Shown here one piece after another: positions 12,701-64,000 of a stretch of DNA of 64,000 bases. Numbering within the stretch: the stretch's first letter is position 1; every line of letters begins with the position of its first letter. Position numbers and translations under genes: made by a program. The notes beneath the pieces were generated by a model that saw only the letters and a list, made by a program, of their open reading frames with translations, searched no databases and was not told where the DNA came from. The stretch is from the NCBI RefSeq assembly GCF_009914755.1, contig NC_060932.1. The stretch is one strand, 5' to 3'. Source of the DNA: the human T2T-CHM13v2.0 reference genome, Homo sapiens.

Positions 12701-14864
12701 AGCTCTAGAAGCCCTACTCATCGCCGGAGGGTCCATTTGCTCCCCGCAAGTCTAGCATCTAGGAAAAGGTGAGCGTCTGGGGGCCCCTGGAGGCTCCCAA
12801 GGCAATTGGAAGTCACTGTTCCTACAGCTGCTCCCCTAGGGAAGAGGAGGCTGGACTCAGAGGCCACTGTCCGGAGCTGCGCCGGCCCCTTTATGTGCAC
12901 ATGTCCAAGCTCCACAGGAGAACGCAGCCGCTTCCTTCCCTTCCGCATGCGGGGATGGGGTAAGTGGCATAAGATGGGGGTAAGTGCGGGGATGGGGTAA
13001 GAGGCTGAGTGGCATTGCTTTCTGGGGGATGCAAGTCCCTGTGGCTGGCTTGAGAGCCTAGGGTGGGAGCCTGCTGGGAAGAGGGCAGCGCGGGGCGTAG
13101 GCAGCCCTGACAGTGCCGGGGTGTGAGTCCTCCAACTGCAGGAGGCTGAAGAGAGGGCCGCCCTGCACGCATGTTCTTGCCTCCACCTCTGGTCGGCCTT
13201 CCGTGACCTCCCTATCAGAATCTCTTCCTCATTTGTGCCTCTGCTGGAGCAATGGCCATGCTCTGTCTGGCGTGGTGCCCGGGTTTGAAATCCCTGATGG
13301 CTGAGAGGGTGGTGGAGCCCCGTGCCGGGCACTCCGTCGGTGCTCAGTTAGTAGTTGATGCAATGGACTGGGCTGAATCACAGAACATGCATATGCTTTT
13401 TTTTTTCTCGAATAAATTTTTACAACATACAAGGCTCTATTGGGGGAAGCTCTCATTTTACAAACAGGAAAACCAAGGTATAGAGGAATTGGAGCCCACT
13501 TTCCAGGTACATGGGTGATTTCTGGACCAGGCAGGATTCTTCCCTGCAGTTTTTCTCTAAAACTGGAAACTAGCATGCCACTGGCCTGAACATGTAAAAT
13601 GCTAGGAAAGACTGTGACTGCCAGACAGATGGACTTCTGCTCCTCTCTGTGCCTGGTGGCCCCAGAGCCCTTCCTGACCAGGCGTGGGCTCTGCAGGGCT
13701 TGCTCTCTCACTCCCCAGAGGCCGCCCTGGTAGGTGGGAGACTAGAGGCACTGCTTCACTGAGCTTCTCCTGGGTTTCCAGGCCGTCTTGGTTTTCAGTG
13801 GGGAGCAGAGGACCCAAGGCTCAGGGCAGGCTTCCTTCTCATGCAGAAGTTGACCCTCTGTAGCACAGGGATTTAGGTTATGCAAGAAAGATCTCACAAA
13901 GGGTGTGGAATGATTCCCTACAAATTTGGTTTAAAGAGAAAAGAGCTACGTCTTCGTCTGAGATGGCTTTGCCACCAGGTCGCGTGCCACAGCCATCTGG
14001 TAGACCTGGTTCTGGTTCTCGGTGTCACCACCCAATTCCCCCCAGGCAACTGTGATTCTGAAACTGCATTTTTAAAAGCCCCATGGGTGCTGCAGATGAC
14101 CTGCTGCGGTTGCCCACTGGCCTGAACGGCCTGTCCGATTCCAGGAGAGAGGCTGGGAGTGGGGTGGGGCTGGGGTGCTCCAGGGGCCTTGGGATTGTGA
14201 CTCCGTCATCCCCTCATGATGGGAATTTATGTGGCAGGAAAGCCGCAGCCAATGATTTGATTCTTAATTAATGCCAAGCCTGACAAAGGCGTTGGTGTCT
14301 GGCGCCCCTAGGATGAGAAACTGAAGAGACTTTAGCAACCACCTAATCCATTCTCCCATTAGACAGATGAGGAAACTGAGGTCAGCTTGGTGACCAGCCT
14401 TGCAGGAAGTGTTAGCAACTAGTTAGGAATAGGGCAATTTTTTCCCTACAGCAAGAACAAGTTCTTGAACTTTGAATGGCATTGAGTACTGGGGCCAGAT
14501 GCCTTCCTAGGGAATGCTGGGGGGCCCCCTCAGTGCATGCCAGCTGGGGGCCTGGCCAAGAACCCTGGTGGGTTGTGGTGGCCCCTCCCCAGACCCCCAA
14601 CTTCTCCCCATCTCATGGGAGCCATCAGGTGGAACAGAAAGCTACTCTGCCACCTCTCTGGAGGCATCTCTCAGGTGGGTGGTCCTGATTAAAGGGTTGT
14701 CCAGGCTTCTGGGAGGACTGGGCATTGGCGGGCTCTCTGGGACCTGAGCCCCACCCATAGACTCCTTCACATCACAACCCAGGCTTTACGCTGGCCTCAG
14801 CACCCCTAACCCCCCAAAGACGAGCGGGAAGGAGAGATAGAGCCCTGTGCCATTAGTCCATTTC

Positions 14865-14870
14865 TTTATT
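14865..14870 (-). terminator. ANK1: ANK1 distal polyadenylation signal
   Basis: AATAAA on minus strand about 2.5 kb after the last-exon acceptor. Confidence 0.7.
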
Positions 14871-15099
14871 AATTTTGACATTGGTTCGGCTGGTGAAGGG
14901 AGAATGGTCTATACATCAGAGTAGGGTAGGGGATTCTCTCCCATAACAGAGCATGTGGGAGAGTCAAGAAAAGATCCATTTTCATAACAATTAAAAAAAT
15001 CAAGGTAATTTCAAAACTTCTAAAAAGCGTCTAATGTGCAGACTGCAGCATTCTCTAGGCATCGTGTGGAGACCCCAAACTCCTCCCCTAACGGCTCCT

Positions 15100-16030
15100 A
15101 CTAGCAGCCGGAGCGTGCAGCCATGCCAGCCGGAGCAGAGGTGCCAAAGCGGAGTCTGGAGCTGCGGGGTCCGCGGGGGCGCTAAGGGGGCTACTGGGTT
15201 GGCTGCAGCAGCGACCTGGGAGAGGAAGGTGCAGGATCGAGGCGGGAGAGGCGAGCCCTGCGCCCAGCTTCCTTGGGCCGTCACCGAATCGGTCCCAGCC
15301 GCGCTGTGCGGCCCCCCTGCCGTGGCCCCCGGGATGGGGGAGGATGGAGGGGGGCGCCTCTGCGCCCTGGAGGCCGGGCCGGGGTGGCCTCTGGCGGAGA
15401 CGGCAGCCGTCCGGGCTCGCCCTGCAGCTCCTCCGACGCAGCCTCGGGGAAACTCAGGCCCGGAGCTAGAGCTTCCTCTCCCTGCCCGCCCCTCTAAAGG
15501 AAGCAAAAGCAGCCCCACCCCCGGCCGACAAGGCGCCTAGGCCGCCCCGGGGCCTGCCTGGCCGGGGGTGCACCGGGGCGGATTTGTGTGGGAAGCAGGG
15601 CCCCTCTCCGCTCACAGGCCCCGCGGCCAGGGGGCCTCTGACGTGGAGGGGGCTTCTGTGCTACTTGGAAGGTTTAAGTGTGTCCCGAGGACACTCCCGC
15701 AGAGCGGCGGGGCGGACGGGGCCGGGCCGTCCACACCGCGGCTCCAGGGGCGAGAGGAGCCAGCCCTGTCTCTCTCTCCTGGCCCTGGGGGCGCCCGCCG
15801 CGAGGGCGGGGCCGGGATTGTGCTGATTCTGGCCTCCCTGGGCCGGAGGCTCTAGTGGAACTTAAGGCTCCTCCCTGATGGCACCGAGGCGAGGAACTGC
15901 CAGCTGTCTGTCTCCTTCCTGCCTTGACCCAGAGCCTGGCCCCGGCCTCTGGGCGTCCAGGCTCTCCGCCTCCGACTCTACTCTCACCGGCCATGCGGTC
16001 CGGGGAGCCCCCTGGCTCGCCTCTCCAAGA
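15100..16030. promoter_or_regulatory. CpG island inside distal ANK1 3'UTR, upstream of NKX6-3
   Basis: dense CpG, several GGGCGG boxes. Confidence 0.8.
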
Positions 16031-16337
16031 GGCCACAGGGGCTGGGCAGAGGGGAGGCACTGAGGCAGGACAGGGAACAGCCTCGAGCCTGGCACCTGCA
16101 CCCAGGGTCCCCAGCCTGCAGGCTGCCTGGACTTAGAGCACCAAGTTCACTCTGGGAGACCCTGGGTGGTCCTGACTTCTAAGACCTGGCAGATACATTC
16201 ACTAGCCCTACTCCTTTCCTTCCTCTTTCACTGAAAGACAGGCCACAGCTCCTTCTCCTGCAGCCGCAGAAGTCCTCAGGAGCTGCGCTGTCAGGCTCTG
16301 TACGTACTGCTAAATGTTTCTATTGGTTTGCATAGTA

Positions 16338-16343
16338 TTTATT
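16338..16343 (-). terminator. ANK1: ANK1 proximal polyadenylation signal
   Basis: AATAAA on minus strand in AT-rich context with upstream TGTA elements. Confidence 0.65.
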
Positions 16344-16737
16344 GTTTTTCATATACACAAGGCTGATTACTGTACAGTTTACACTTTGAACACGGACTAT
16401 GATATAGTGCTTGAAGACATAGAAAACCTCTTCTCTATGGACATGCTGGTGCAATCCTGGGTCAGCCACCGGCCTGTCCCCCAACTGAGAGAGGAGACCC
16501 TTTCAGATGGGGTCCTGGCTCCCTTTGAGTCCTACAGGTAAGCCTGGGGGTCCTCGCCTCAGATTCTTAAGTCCCTAACACAAGGAACCCCGAATGCACT
16601 CTTCAAGGTAATGATTTTCCATTGGAAGATGATTCGTATTGAAATTGGCAGAGAGAGAGACAACATAAAAAATTCCAATTTATCCACAGCTTCAGAAGTC
16701 ACAGTAAAATCTGTGTGTAGATTCAGTGGAGGCGAGT

Positions 16738-16766
16738 GGTGTGTGTGTGTGTGTGTGTGTGTGTGT
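16738..16766. repeat. (TG)n microsatellite in ANK1 3'UTR
   Basis: read directly. Confidence 0.95.
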
Positions 16767-17340
16767 CCTGAATGTCATGTAGAGCGATCTGGGAGGAGCG
16801 TCACCAGGGAGTCGAGGGGGTGTCACAAGTGGAATGGAGGTATGTGGGTTGGGGAGGGTGGGCAGATGAGGACATGGCTTAAGATTAAGGTGTTAAACTG
16901 ATTTCATGCCTAGTTTTCTTTTTTTTTTTTTTTCTTTCCAGGAAGCCCACATGGATTTCTGACAGATGAGGTTGGGAAAAAGTACCCTGTACGAAGTCAA
17001 AACAATTTAAAAAAAAAACCCCAAAACCAAAACCCATCCCCAGCCACAAAAAGCCCTCATTCACTTTTGCGTTCGCAGGCTCTCCTGCGCTTGTTTTCTA
17101 TCCCTCTCTCTCCCCGCTTCTTGCTGCTTTTGTGTCCTGGTTCCGACAGATCAGCTGTCATTGCAAGAGGCAGGATTGAAGCCTGGAGGTCATGCGTCTA
17201 CAGTCAGTCATTCATGCCAAGAGGGGACTAGCAGGAGTCCCTTACAGAGGTCATGCCGTCAGCCCAGAGGAATGTGTGCACCGCTGCGGTGGCCCTCAGG
17301 TCCAGCTCTCCTCCTGTGTGCATGGCAGAGTGTGTGGGGT

Positions 17341-63999
<46,659 letters not shown>

Positions 64000-64000
64000 A

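Larger units (their letters stand above)
14850..17340 (-). other. ANK1: ANK1 3'UTR (last exon)
   Basis: between the stop at 17341 and the distal AATAAA; exact cleavage site inferred. Confidence 0.75.

Noticed and set aside
15000-16136. Multiple 95-172 aa ORFs on both strands
   Set aside because: CpG-island artefacts within the ANK1 3'UTR

Overview
Human (or very closely related primate) genomic DNA from the NKX6-3 / ANK1 locus (8p11.21, recognised from the protein sequences). Both genes lie on the minus strand. The window holds the complete three-exon NKX6-3 homeobox gene (265 aa; CDS exons 12125-11744, 9868-9699, 8320-8075) and the 3' half of ANK1: exons 21 to last, covering the last ankyrin repeat, ZU5-ZU5-UPA, the death domain and the variably spliced C-terminal tail. 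It also contains the internal muscle promoter and first exon of small ankyrin (sAnk1, 155 aa) and the palindromic MIR486 hairpin in the last ANK1 intron. Exon boundaries were read from GT/AG signals and checked for phase continuity; exon numbers follow my recall of the reference transcript. The rest is Alu, L1, L2, MIR, LTR and DNA-transposon sequence, microsatellites and a 31-bp minisatellite. This is a well-studied locus and I see no wholly new system. The best leads are frame-compatible cryptic or alternative ANK1 exons that the ORF track does not resolve as exons: a 24-nt microexon, a 45-nt cassette, a possibly decayed 270-nt cassette beside the minisatellite, and a candidate intron-37 terminal exon with a poly(A) cluster. 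A miR-486 seed site in its own host 3'UTR and several regulatory motif clusters are also worth checking.
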